DNA of 55,813 nt, from the IMG/VR virus record IMGVR_UViG_3300002460_000038, positions 1 to 55,813 of that record. One strand, given 5' to 3'. The notes beneath the pieces are model-generated. The model did no database searches, was not told the DNA's origin, and saw only the letters and a list, made by a program, of their open reading frames with translations. Shown here in pieces: positions 34,095 through 44,200 of this stretch (its first letter is position 1; each line of letters starts with the position of its first letter). The stretch is from a virus. Lineage: Duplodnaviria > Caudoviricetes. The position numbers and the translations under genes are program-made.

Positions 34095-34784
34095 ATGGGA
34101 GCACTCGCAAGTATCAACGGGCACCGGGTGAAGTCGGGCGTCGACCTCTCGCGGTTTTCGACGAAGGTGCAGGACTTGTTCGGCGAGTACGTCGGCGACG
34201 TCAACCTCAATCTGGGCGCTGGGCGGAACATCGAACCGGGCTTCCTTAACCTGGATCGCAAGCCCGGTCCGGGTATCGACTTGGTGATGGACCTGGAGCA
34301 CTGCGCGCTGAACCCGGGCATGTTGCCGGGCTGGACGAAAGACGAATACGCGTGGATGGCGCGCGACAGCGTCGATTGCGTGCTGGCCTCCCAGGTGCTC
34401 GAGCACATCGTGCACATCATTCCGCTCATGCGGGAGATTCACCGGGTGCTCAAGCCGGGCGGCTATCTCTGCGCCTCTGTCCCCTACGCGAGCTCTGACG
34501 CCGCCGTCGAAGACCCGACGCACGTCCGGTACTTTACCGAACGGAGCTGGCACTACTTCGACCGTCGACTGTACGAGCGTCCTGGGCACGCTGGGCATTA
34601 CGACTCGGACGTTGACTTCTGCTTCGACATCGTGGCGGTGCATCTGATCCCGTATCCGAACGTCCAGCAGGCCGCGGCCGTCGCGGCGCAGCGTGGTGAC
34701 TTCAGTGCACTCGACAAATGGAAGCAGGACCGGCGCAACGTCATCCAGGAGATGATCGCGATTCTCCAGAAGGTCGAGGCCTAA
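34095..34784 (+). CDS. class I SAM-dependent methyltransferase
   Basis: LNLGAG..GFLNLD; VLEHI; EIHRVLKPGG; DPTH. Confidence 0.9.
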   Translation: MGALASINGHRVKSGVDLSRFSTKVQDLFGEYVGDVNLNLGAGRNIEPGFLNLDRKPGPGIDLVMDLEHCALNPGMLPGWTKDEYAWMARDSVDCVLASQVLEHIVHIIPLMREIHRVLKPGGYLCASVPYASSDAAVEDPTHVRYFTERSWHYFDRRLYERPGHAGHYDSDVDFCFDIVAVHLIPYPNVQQAAAVAAQRGDFSALDKWKQDRRNVIQEMIAILQKVEA

Positions 34785-35288
34785 ATGGAGACGTCCGAAC
34801 TGCTTGAGATGGCGCGGCGCGAACCCGGGCGGCCGCTGGGGACGCCGGTCACGTCTGCGCCTCCGCCGGTACGACCGTTGACCGACCGTGCGGCCTTTGA
34901 GGCGCTCTGCATGTACGACTTTATGAAATGCCAGAAGTGCGGACGCCTCTGCACGAAACCGGAGATGGAGCGCGGTCTCGGGCGGCACGGGACCGGCAGC
35001 GTCTGCCCGTGCGGGTCAATGAAGTACGCGCCGGTCAACCCGCCGGCATGGGCGTTTCTGCTGCCTCGCGTGTTGGCCTTTGCGGGGCGGCGATTCTGGA
35101 GCGGGCTGCGTGGCTGGCGGACCGTCCGTGTGCGGTGTCAGGCGGAGGCGTGCAGCTATGTCTGGCAGGCGGTGTTTCGTCGCGGGACCGATGTCGCCAC
35201 GCTGGAGTGCCCCAGGTGCCACGCTCACGAGAGTGCGCCGGTCTCGGCGATGTCCTTCGCGGATGCGCCGTCGGAGCGCTGGGCATGA
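34785..35288 (+). CDS. Cys-rich hypothetical protein
   Basis: CQKC, CPCG, CPRC motifs; coupled ORF. Confidence 0.6.
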   Translation: METSELLEMARREPGRPLGTPVTSAPPPVRPLTDRAAFEALCMYDFMKCQKCGRLCTKPEMERGLGRHGTGSVCPCGSMKYAPVNPPAWAFLLPRVLAFAGRRFWSGLRGWRTVRVRCQAEACSYVWQAVFRRGTDVATLECPRCHAHESAPVSAMSFADAPSERWA

Positions 35289-35959
35289 AGCTCGTGTTCG
35301 CGACGCCCTCGTACGGCCCGATGGACCCGCAGGCGGTGATCAGCCAGCGGAACGCCATCATGCACGCTGCGGCGAACGGCGTCACGTGGCTGGGCGACGC
35401 CTCGCCGGACCGCATGAAGTTCGACGCCGCCCGCAATGCCGTCGTGCATGCGGTGCTTTATAGCCCGGACTCGGCGGATGCGGACGGCATTTTCTGGTGC
35501 GACAGCGATGTCGTGTTGCCGTCGCACGCGATTACGTCGCTGGTCCAGACCGGGCACGACTTCATCACCGGCATGTACTTCCAGCGCCGGGCTCCGCACT
35601 GGCCACTCGTGGCGCAGTTTGACCCGAAGGGGGGTCCAGATAAGACCGGCTCGTTTCGGTGGCTGACCCACTGGCCTGAGGATGTCGTTGGCCCGGTGGA
35701 AGGCTGCGGGTTCGGTTGCGTGCTGACGTCCACGCGCCTGCTGCGGGCGATGGGCGACGGCCCGTGGTTCACGTTCGAGAAGTACTCCGAGGACTTCGAC
35801 TTCTGCCTGCGCGCGGCCAGAGCAGGGTTTCAGCTCCACGTCCACACAGGGGTGCTGTGTGGGCACCTGGCGGATCCCGTCCCGGTGACCGTCCAGGATT
35901 TTCAACGGGTCTGGGAGCAGGAGCACAGCGATGGCGCAATTCGACAAATCCCTGCGTAG
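35285..35959 (+). CDS. GT-A fold glycosyltransferase
   Basis: AARN; FWCDSDV; GFGCVL; SEDFDFC.RA..GF..H. Confidence 0.85.
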   Translation: MKLVFATPSYGPMDPQAVISQRNAIMHAAANGVTWLGDASPDRMKFDAARNAVVHAVLYSPDSADADGIFWCDSDVVLPSHAITSLVQTGHDFITGMYFQRRAPHWPLVAQFDPKGGPDKTGSFRWLTHWPEDVVGPVEGCGFGCVLTSTRLLRAMGDGPWFTFEKYSEDFDFCLRAARAGFQLHVHTGVLCGHLADPVPVTVQDFQRVWEQEHSDGAIRQIPA

Positions 35960-36218
35960 GGAAACGCACGTCTTTCAGGAAATCGCGCGCGAGAACGGCC
36001 GATCGCTCTGGCGCCGGATGCAGTTCAACCTCGTCCAGTACGACGGCGAGCCTGACCTGTACATCGAGCCGCGCATCCCATCGGACTTCTTGGATGTCGT
36101 CTCCGTGGAACCGGACACCCTGACGAAGAGCGACGGCGTCGGCGTGATTGCCGACATGCAGTTCTTCCAGGCGCGCCCGTACGAAGTCCACTCGTTCAAC
36201 GACAACGTCGACGTCTAG
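35931..36218 (+). CDS. hypothetical protein
   Basis: RBS aggag. Confidence 0.6.
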   Translation: MAQFDKSLRRETHVFQEIARENGRSLWRRMQFNLVQYDGEPDLYIEPRIPSDFLDVVSVEPDTLTKSDGVGVIADMQFFQARPYEVHSFNDNVDV

Positions 36219-36230
36219 TCACGGCTGGCG

Positions 36231-36887
36231 ATGACGCGGTCGGAGTTGCGGACGGAGCTCGCCCGGCGTCTGGAGGAATCCAGCAGTAGCCCGGTCTTTT
36301 TCAGCGTCGCCGACCTGAACGATGCGCTGGACGAGGGCTACATGGAGATCTCGGACGCCACCGAGTGGTACGAGGTCTGGCGGACGCTGGACCTCCTGTA
36401 CACGCGGCCGTACTACGACCTCCGCACGGTCATCAGCGATGTGGAAGTGCTGACGCCTGGCGCCGCGTTCCACGAGGACAGCAATCGGTGGCTCATCCCC
36501 TCGAGCGCGTCGGACTTGGATCGGGGCTATGTGCGCTGGGAGCGCGTTCGCTCGATTCCCGAGCGCCTCATCGTCCGCGGGCTCTGGTGGCTTGGCTACT
36601 GGCCCATCATCGGCAGCGCGACCGGCACCGTCAAGCAATACGCGACGGCGCTGCCGCCAGCGATGGAGGACGACGATACGCCCGGCTTCCCAGAGGCGTT
36701 TCATCTCGGCCTCGTGGAGTTTGGGCTGTCGGAGCTGTTGCCGCAGATCGGCGAAGTGCAGAAAGCGCTGGAGGCGTGGGACGCCTACGTCGGCTACGAA
36801 GCCGGGTTGCAGGCGTATGTCGGGGGCCGCGGCGCCGTGCCGCTGATGCAGGGATATGGCGAAAACGCTGGCAGTCGTACGCGGTGA
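36231..36887 (+). CDS. head-tail adaptor protein (putative)
   Basis: MTRSELRTELARRL..F....LNDALDEG; DTPGFPEAFH. Confidence 0.7.
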   Translation: MTRSELRTELARRLEESSSSPVFFSVADLNDALDEGYMEISDATEWYEVWRTLDLLYTRPYYDLRTVISDVEVLTPGAAFHEDSNRWLIPSSASDLDRGYVRWERVRSIPERLIVRGLWWLGYWPIIGSATGTVKQYATALPPAMEDDDTPGFPEAFHLGLVEFGLSELLPQIGEVQKALEAWDAYVGYEAGLQAYVGGRGAVPLMQGYGENAGSRTR

Positions 36888-37926
36888 CGTGCTCCGGCGC
36901 CTGAATGATGAGGCGCAGGCGTTCTGGACCGCGTCCGAGGTGGACCGTTATCTCGTGCAGGCGTACCGCGAGCTCACGCGGACGACCCGGTGTCTGTGGG
37001 ACATCCGGTATGCCGAAAACCTGCCGGCCGGTTTCAGCTACACGGCGCCGTGGGAACAGCCGTATCTTGCGACCCTGCTCGACGCCGGCTTCGACTACGG
37101 GTGCGCGAACTACACGCTCGACGACGAACGGCGGCTGCTCACCGAAACCGACCGCATCGGGCCGGCGAACCACACGTCGCCGTTCGAAGCGACGGATGAA
37201 TGGTTGAACGGCACGAACGGCTGCGGCGCGAGCGCCGCGATCCCCGCGACGAGCACGCTGCCCAACAGCGTCCATACGCTCGATCGGCCGACCTGGGATG
37301 ACAAGGCCATTGGCGTCATGCGCCCGACCGAGGCCGCTCGGCTCGACAGCCGCTTTCAGTTGACCGAGGGCGAAGTCGAAGCCCTGGTGGTGAAGAACGA
37401 CGGCCTGCAGACCATCCGCAAGGTCCGCGTCCCAGCCACACAGGCGGACACGTACCAAATCACGGGGAAGTGGGGGGTGCTGCGCAGCCCGACAGACATC
37501 AGCGGCGCCACGGTGATCGGGACGTGGGGCATTCCGCGTCAGCTTCCAGGCATGCACCCCAGCGGGGCTGAGTCGTTTGGGCTCCCGCGTCGCCCGTACC
37601 GCGACGGAAAGAACGTGCGGCTTGAGCACTGGCGCGAGGGACGCCCCGTCTCGACGAGCAGCGATGCGTTCGAAGTTCCGGACCGCATGACGGTCTATCT
37701 CCGCGACTGCGCCATCAGCCGGTGCTACGGCCGGTCAGGTCCCGCGCAGGACCTCCGTTTGGCGAAACATTACGACGCGCGCTATCGACGCGGCGTCGCG
37801 CGCGTTGACCGTCGCATGAAAGCACAGTCGCGTATGCGCGTTGGACAGATGGGCGGGGCGACGCCGGTGCCGCGCACGCCGCCCAGACCTAAGTTGCCCT
37901 GGCAGTTCGGGCAGGAGTTGCGCTGA
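36856..37926 (+). CDS. second adaptor-like virion protein
   Basis: MAKTL..VR..VLRRLND..FWT..EVDRYL..A.REL. Confidence 0.6.
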   Translation: MAKTLAVVRGDVLRRLNDEAQAFWTASEVDRYLVQAYRELTRTTRCLWDIRYAENLPAGFSYTAPWEQPYLATLLDAGFDYGCANYTLDDERRLLTETDRIGPANHTSPFEATDEWLNGTNGCGASAAIPATSTLPNSVHTLDRPTWDDKAIGVMRPTEAARLDSRFQLTEGEVEALVVKNDGLQTIRKVRVPATQADTYQITGKWGVLRSPTDISGATVIGTWGIPRQLPGMHPSGAESFGLPRRPYRDGKNVRLEHWREGRPVSTSSDAFEVPDRMTVYLRDCAISRCYGRSGPAQDLRLAKHYDARYRRGVARVDRRMKAQSRMRVGQMGGATPVPRTPPRPKLPWQFGQELR

Positions 37927-40406
37927 TGTCGATTCCTTACGAAAAAGCGGTCACCGAGGACCTCAATCTCGGCTATGGCGCCGTCGACGTCACGATGCCC
38001 GGTGGTGGTACGGCGAGCGGGGCCAAGGTCGGCATCCATACGTTCCTGCGGAACGTCATCGACGCCGTCGATGCGGGTGCCCTTGGTGATGGAATTGCGG
38101 ATGATCGCGCCGCCCTGAACACGTTGGCCAACACGACGTTGCCGGCGGCAGGAGGCACCATCTATTTCGAGGCCGGCAAAACGTACAAGATCGCCAGCAG
38201 TCTGACGTTTCCGTCGAAGGTCATGCTCTGGTTTGCGCCAGGCGCCAAATTGAGCGTGTCGAGTGGCGCCACCGTGACGGTCAACGGCTACATCGTGGCC
38301 CCAGGCCACCAAACGATTTTTGATGGGGCGGGAACGGTCGTCACCAGTAGCGGCCTCACGCCCCAGGTGTCCCCCAACTGGTTTTCCTCGACCGTGCTTG
38401 GCGAATGGGGTCCGCTGACGCGCGTCGGCACCTTCACCCTGTCTACGGCGGGCGGCGGGAGCATGGCCGCGAACACGTACTATTGCAACGTCGTTCCGGT
38501 CAATGGCCGCGGACTGGAGGGATTGTTTCCGATCGATGACGGCGTGACCTTTGAGAAATCCATTGTGGTCGGCGCCAACGGCAAGATGAATCTGTCCTGG
38601 AACGCGATTCCTGGTGCCGCCTCCTACCACGTGTACGTCGGCACCGCCAGCGGGCAGTACAAGCAGTATTACAGCACGGCCACGACGTCGATTGAAATTA
38701 CGACGACACCGAAGACGGCGCCGACGGGTCTCGCGGGATCGAAGGTGGCCGAGGTCACGTCGATTAAATCGGACGATTACCATTTCAAGGTCACCGCCAT
38801 CGATGCGAATGGCGAGACGTTTCAAGGGGATCACAACGCGATCTGTGTGTCGTTGACCGCGGCCGAGGATAAGGCGGTCCGCATCGACCTCTCGTGGGAC
38901 GCCGTCTCAGGGGCGACGGCCTATCGGGTCTACATTTCCTCGTCCGTCTGGGGCGGGTTCCGGCAATTCATCCGCTACATTCAGACCGCCTCGACGAGTC
39001 TCAGTTACACGGGTCAAGCGGTCACCGCCGGCGCGATCTTCGGCAACGGCGACTACAACCCCTCGGGGGAATTCGTCGTCGGCGCCATTCGCGCCTTGTC
39101 GGAAGGCCGGTCGTCCTTCGGGGGCGACATCATCATCGCTCCGCGGAAACGCGTGGAGGCGCAGATCGTCTTCGAGCGGTGGGACCTGAACAACCAGTAC
39201 GCCGGGTACAGCATCCGGCACCGCGGCACGGTGCATTTCGAGGTGGGCCAGCAGGGGATGTACGCGGACGGATCGACGTTCTGGGTCAGCGGCGCGTCAG
39301 GGTCGATCACCGGCGCGACCAACGCCACGCCGATCGTGATCACGAGTGTTGGGCACGGGCGGACGTCACGCGATGCGGTGAATATTTCTGGGGTCGGCGG
39401 CAACACCGCCGCGAATGCCAAGTGGACCATCACGGTGTTGTCGGCGGACACCTTTAGTCTGGACAACTCTGCGGGGAACGGGGCGTACACGAGTGGCGGC
39501 ACCTGGACGCACGACACCGGGGATCACTGGTGCGTGCGCAGCTACCGCACCCCCATCACCGACGTCCTCGCCCTCGATCGCACGCTGAACCGGCTGTGGA
39601 CGCCCCTGGAGACGCAGATCGGGAGCGTCCTCTACGGCGGCGAGTCGGCCGGGTCCGTGCTGTCGTTGCGATCGACGCGCCATGCGTCTCCCTCGGCGGA
39701 TTACGTCAACGTCTACACGGGCGGCTCCGAACGGCATCGGTTCACGTTGCACGGGGCGGCCTATTGTCTCGTCGTCGGAGGCACCGCGCCGTCGAACTCG
39801 AACTCCAATACGAGCTTCAGCGCGCAACGATCGGCGTCAGCGGATCTCGCCATTGGCGAAATCTATAATTCGGCAACCGGCGCCGCCAATAACCGATCCG
39901 CGCTAATTTTTGCTGGCAAGGATACGAGCGGGACGGCGCGCGACATCTACGCCATCATCGCGCGCGAAGTCGCCCCTGGCGCGGCGACGACGGACGGACA
40001 ACTGGAGTTTCGCGATTCTGCCGGCGACATCCAAGTCACGCTCAAGGCCGGATTTCAAATCGGCACACCGACCGGGGGCGACAAAGGCGCCGGCACGATC
40101 AACGCACAGGGCGACATCTATAAGCAGAATTCCGCTTATACCAATCCTGACTTCGTGTTTGAACAGTGGGCGACGGGCAGGATCGAGAAGTACTCCGGTC
40201 GCGACGGCGCGAAGGCCTACCAGCCGATGACGCTCGCCGACGTCGAGCAGTTTGCCCGCACGCACTGGCGCCTGCCGGGCATCTCCGATGACCCGATGGG
40301 CATGTTCGAGCGTGGCGACAAGGCCCTGGAGCTGATCGAACGCGTCTATCTCTACCTGTTCGACCACGAAGCGCGACTGCGCGCGATGGAGAAAGCAGCG
40401 GCATGA
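37926..40406 (+). CDS. tailspike/tail fibre with C-terminal intramolecular chaperone-like domain
   Basis: GALGDGIADDRAAL; two LSW.A..GA..Y.VY repeats; PDFVFE..Y....L..VEQF....RLPG C-terminus. Confidence 0.8.
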   Translation: MSIPYEKAVTEDLNLGYGAVDVTMPGGGTASGAKVGIHTFLRNVIDAVDAGALGDGIADDRAALNTLANTTLPAAGGTIYFEAGKTYKIASSLTFPSKVMLWFAPGAKLSVSSGATVTVNGYIVAPGHQTIFDGAGTVVTSSGLTPQVSPNWFSSTVLGEWGPLTRVGTFTLSTAGGGSMAANTYYCNVVPVNGRGLEGLFPIDDGVTFEKSIVVGANGKMNLSWNAIPGAASYHVYVGTASGQYKQYYSTATTSIEITTTPKTAPTGLAGSKVAEVTSIKSDDYHFKVTAIDANGETFQGDHNAICVSLTAAEDKAVRIDLSWDAVSGATAYRVYISSSVWGGFRQFIRYIQTASTSLSYTGQAVTAGAIFGNGDYNPSGEFVVGAIRALSEGRSSFGGDIIIAPRKRVEAQIVFERWDLNNQYAGYSIRHRGTVHFEVGQQGMYADGSTFWVSGASGSITGATNATPIVITSVGHGRTSRDAVNISGVGGNTAANAKWTITVLSADTFSLDNSAGNGAYTSGGTWTHDTGDHWCVRSYRTPITDVLALDRTLNRLWTPLETQIGSVLYGGESAGSVLSLRSTRHASPSADYVNVYTGGSERHRFTLHGAAYCLVVGGTAPSNSNSNTSFSAQRSASADLAIGEIYNSATGAANNRSALIFAGKDTSGTARDIYAIIAREVAPGAATTDGQLEFRDSAGDIQVTLKAGFQIGTPTGGDKGAGTINAQGDIYKQNSAYTNPDFVFEQWATGRIEKYSGRDGAKAYQPMTLADVEQFARTHWRLPGISDDPMGMFERGDKALELIERVYLYLFDHEARLRAMEKAAA

Positions 40407-40597
40407 CGACGACTGATAACGACCCACGACAGGTGGGGCTGACGCTCGCGGACATCAAAGCGGTGATCGGGGACGAGGTCCTTGAGCAGCATCGGTTGCG
40501 GAAGGAGCTCGCGCAGCGAGACGCGCAGATCGAGGCGCTGTTGCAGGAGCTCGCGCGCCGCGATGCGAACAAGGACCGTCCCCCGGACCAGGGATAA
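40403..40597 (+). CDS. small coiled-coil protein
   Basis: ATGA overlap. Confidence 0.6.
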   Translation: MTTTDNDPRQVGLTLADIKAVIGDEVLEQHRLRKELAQRDAQIEALLQELARRDANKDRPPDQG

Positions 40598-40609
40598 ATG
40601 AGCCAGTTG

Positions 40610-41260
40610 TTACGTCCGCGAACGCAGTTGGAGGGCGGCTTCGACCGGATGCTGTCCGTGTGTCTTCACGCGCCTGTACAGCGTGCTCCACGGCACATTC
40701 ATGCGGCGGCTGAATTCGAGCAGCGACATCCGCTCGCCTTCGTACTCGACCGCGATGCTCTTGCGCGTGTTCACGCCCTGCTCCTTCATCGTGGCCCAGC
40801 GACAGTTGTCAGGCGAATAGGGGCCGTCGTTGTTGCATCGCTCAATGGTGTGTCGCCGCGTGGGTCGGCGACCCATGTCAGCGATGAACGCCGAGAAGTT
40901 GTGACGCCAGCGCTCGCACACTCGAATGCCGCGTCCACCGTAGCTCTCGTAGGCGACGTTGGATTGTGTGTAACACCGGTTCAGCATCGCTTGCCACGAT
41001 CGGTACTCTGGCGTCAGATACGCGCCGTGCTTTCGCGTGCGTGCCATGAGGACTTCGTCCTTCAGGCAGCCGCAACTCCGAGTGGGACGCGCGCCGTACA
41101 GATTTGCTCCGCGCACGATTGTTTCTCGTCCGCACGTGCAGCGACATCTCCAGAGATGGCGAGCGCTTGGAGACGGCACGCGTTCGACGACCGTCAGCCG
41201 CCCGAAGCTCTGCCCGCTGATGTCTGGTGCGCGATAGGAGGCGGGTAGACCCTTGGGCAT
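40610..41260 (-). CDS. HNH-type homing endonuclease antisense to the late operon
   Basis: GQSFGRLTV..WRCRCTCG..SCGC..Y.SW.AM..RC..YGGRGIRVCERW..TIER.NN.G.Y.PDNCRWAT. Confidence 0.9.
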   Translation of the reverse strand: MPKGLPASYRAPDISGQSFGRLTVVERVPSPSARHLWRCRCTCGRETIVRGANLYGARPTRSCGCLKDEVLMARTRKHGAYLTPEYRSWQAMLNRCYTQSNVAYESYGGRGIRVCERWRHNFSAFIADMGRRPTRRHTIERCNNDGPYSPDNCRWATMKEQGVNTRKSIAVEYEGERMSLLEFSRRMNVPWSTLYRRVKTHGQHPVEAALQLRSRT

Positions 41261-44200
41261 CCTTGAACGCTCCGATTTCAGCCGCGGATGGTGCCCGAGT
41301 TACGACGCTGTTCATGCGCCGTCGAACGGGTTGCTCCGTGCGGACAATACGATTTTAGACGAAAAAGGGGTTTTGGCCATCCGCCGCGGCTCGGCGAAGA
41401 TCAACGGCTCCGCACTCGCGGATCTCGATGTGCATTCGTTGTTTACGGCGGTCCTCAGCGGCACGCGGTACCGCATGGCTGGCGCCGGCGCCGCCGTGTA
41501 CGCGAACAGCACGAGCATTGCGACCGGTACCGCCGGCTCTGGCGACATCAGCTTCGGGTCGTATCTCGGCAACATCCTGTGGGCGCGGTCGACGACGAAG
41601 AAGAAATACGACGGCACGACCGTGCGCAATTGGGGGATTGCCGCGCCGAACGCGGCCCCGACGTCGGTGGCGATCGCGGCCGATGGGAAGACGTTCGCCT
41701 CGTTCGACTCGGTGGAAGCCCCGGCCTTCGTCGTCAATGAAGACGATGGCACGGGCGCGGCGTTCGGCGCGGGCTATGACGGGACCGCCAATGGCGCGCT
41801 GATTATCAATCCGAACACGACCACCGGCCGGCTGCGTGTCACGAAGACGTTTGCGGCCGCGACGGACTTCACGACGTACGATGCCGCGCAAACCGGGCTC
41901 GACACCGACCTGATTGGGTTCTACGTCTACATCACCGAGCCGCAGTACGTCTCGTCGGTGACGCTCCAGATCGACTTCGACACCGGGACCTTTCAGAACA
42001 ATCAGTATTACTACATCTGGTGGTTCAACCAGCGCGACGAGCAAGGCAATCTGCTGACGGCCACGCCGTCGGTCGGCTGGAATTTCCTGCAGGTGAAGCG
42101 GTCCGAGATGAACCGCTACGACGGCGCGACCGCTGGGCTGAACTGGAGCACGGTCCGGGCCGTGCGCGTGGACGTGCTCCAGACGGCCGGGGGCTCTGGC
42201 GCGCAGATTCGGTTTGACCGCCTGCGCATTGTGGGCGGCTCGTCCAGCCCGCTGACCGGGCTGCAGCGCTACAAGCTGGTCGCCGTCTATAACTCCGGCT
42301 CGCAGTTCGGGAAGAGCGCGCCGACCGCCGCAAGCAGTGACATTGAGGTCACCGCGCAGGGGGTACAGCTCACCGTGGCGGCCGGCGTCATCAGTGCGCT
42401 CGATGCGCAGGTCAACGAGTTGTGGGTGTACCGGTACAACGAAACGCTCGGCGAGTACTACCGGTCCAAGGTCCACACCGGCGGCCCGTGGGGCGGGGCG
42501 CAGACCATCAATGACACGGCGAGCAATGACAGCGTCCTGACGACGAACCTGAAGATCGAAGCCACCAACACGACGCCGCCCGACACCATCGTCGGCATCG
42601 TCGGGCCCCACTATGACCGCGTGCTGTGCCTGACCGCGACGCACGTCTACCCGTCCCAGCCGCGCAACGTCGATAGTTTCGATAGCGAACAGGCGATTCG
42701 TGTCGGGGATGCCAGTGAAACGGCGTACTGGATTGCGAAGGTGCGCGAGGAACTCTACGTCGGGACCTCGAAAGACGTGTACCGGCTCGCGGGGGACTGG
42801 ACGCAGCGGCCGGACGGCCTGGTCAACGTCGCCAAGGTCCCGATGGGGCTCGGGTCGCCGCCGATCTCGGCCGCGATTGCCCAGGACGGCGACACGCTCA
42901 TTTACCTGGCCTCTGACGGCTGGCGACAGCTCGGGACGCAGGTCCCTCTCACGAGTGGGGACGTGGATCTGCTCTACCGCGGATACACCCGGCACGGCGT
43001 GTCGCCGGTTAATCTGTCGACCGGGCGTCTGAAGGCGGCCATTACCAAAGGGTGGTTCACGGCGCTCACGCCCGAAGGGGCGTCGACGACCTCGAGCACG
43101 GTGCTGCACCGCTACGTACCTGCGCTGCAGCGCTGGTATCGGCACACCTATGCGCGGAACTGGCGGTGCGTCTATCGGGAGCCGGACGGCACGCTCGTGG
43201 CCAGCGACGACGCGGGGTTCGTCTGGACCCTCGACACCGGGACGCAGGATGACGGGTCGGATGTCGCGGTTGTGCTCTGGACGCCCATCGAGGACAACGG
43301 CCAACCGAATCACCGGAAGGATGCCTGGGAGATTCGCGTCCGGGCGAACAGCGGCGGGGCCACCGCCACCGTCGCCGTGCATCTGGACGGATCCGGGTCG
43401 TCGAGCACGTCGTTTAGTGTGGCCAGCTCGGGATTGACGCCGGTCTCGTCGGCGCTCGACAGTCTGAGCCCCTATCGGCAGAGCCAACTGCGGGTCACGG
43501 GGTCGTTTGGGACGTTCCTCTGGTACGACTACACGTTGAGCTACCGCGAGCGCGCGCCCATCGTCGTGTTCGCCGAACCGAAACCGGAGGTCCGCGGCAC
43601 CCGTCGACGCCGCTTCGCTGGGCTCACGCTGGTGATGGATACGCTGGGCGGCGCGGCCTCCGTGACGCCGGTCATTGACGACGTCGCCCAGGCCGCGCAG
43701 AACGTGACGACCTCGGATGCCGTGTCGACGCCCATCACCTTCGCCAACGTGGTCGGTCGAGACCTCTGGGCAAAGATTAGCAAGAGCGACGGGTTCGAGT
43801 ACTACGCGCAGGAACCGATTGTCGTGGCGGAGTTTCCGCCCGTGGTCCGTGGCCGCCTGCCGGACAACGACGACGGCTATCCCTTCCGGAAGCGCCTGAT
43901 TGGCCTTCGGATTCGCGCCTGCACGTTGGGCGCGGCGCGCACCTTCACGCCGATTGTGGACGGGGTGAGCCTCGACACGTTCGCGCACACGTCGAGTGCG
44001 GACGACCCGGACGACATCCTGCATTACTTCACCACGCAGCAGATCGGGACGGAGGTCGCGTTCTCGGTCGATGGCAACCTCGAAGTCTACTCGTGGGGCC
44101 CCATCACGCAGCAGCGCTTCCCGCAGCCGGTCCGCGGACGCATCGCGGACAGCAATGCGGGACGGCCCGGGCCCAAGCAGATCACCGGCTTACGCATTCG

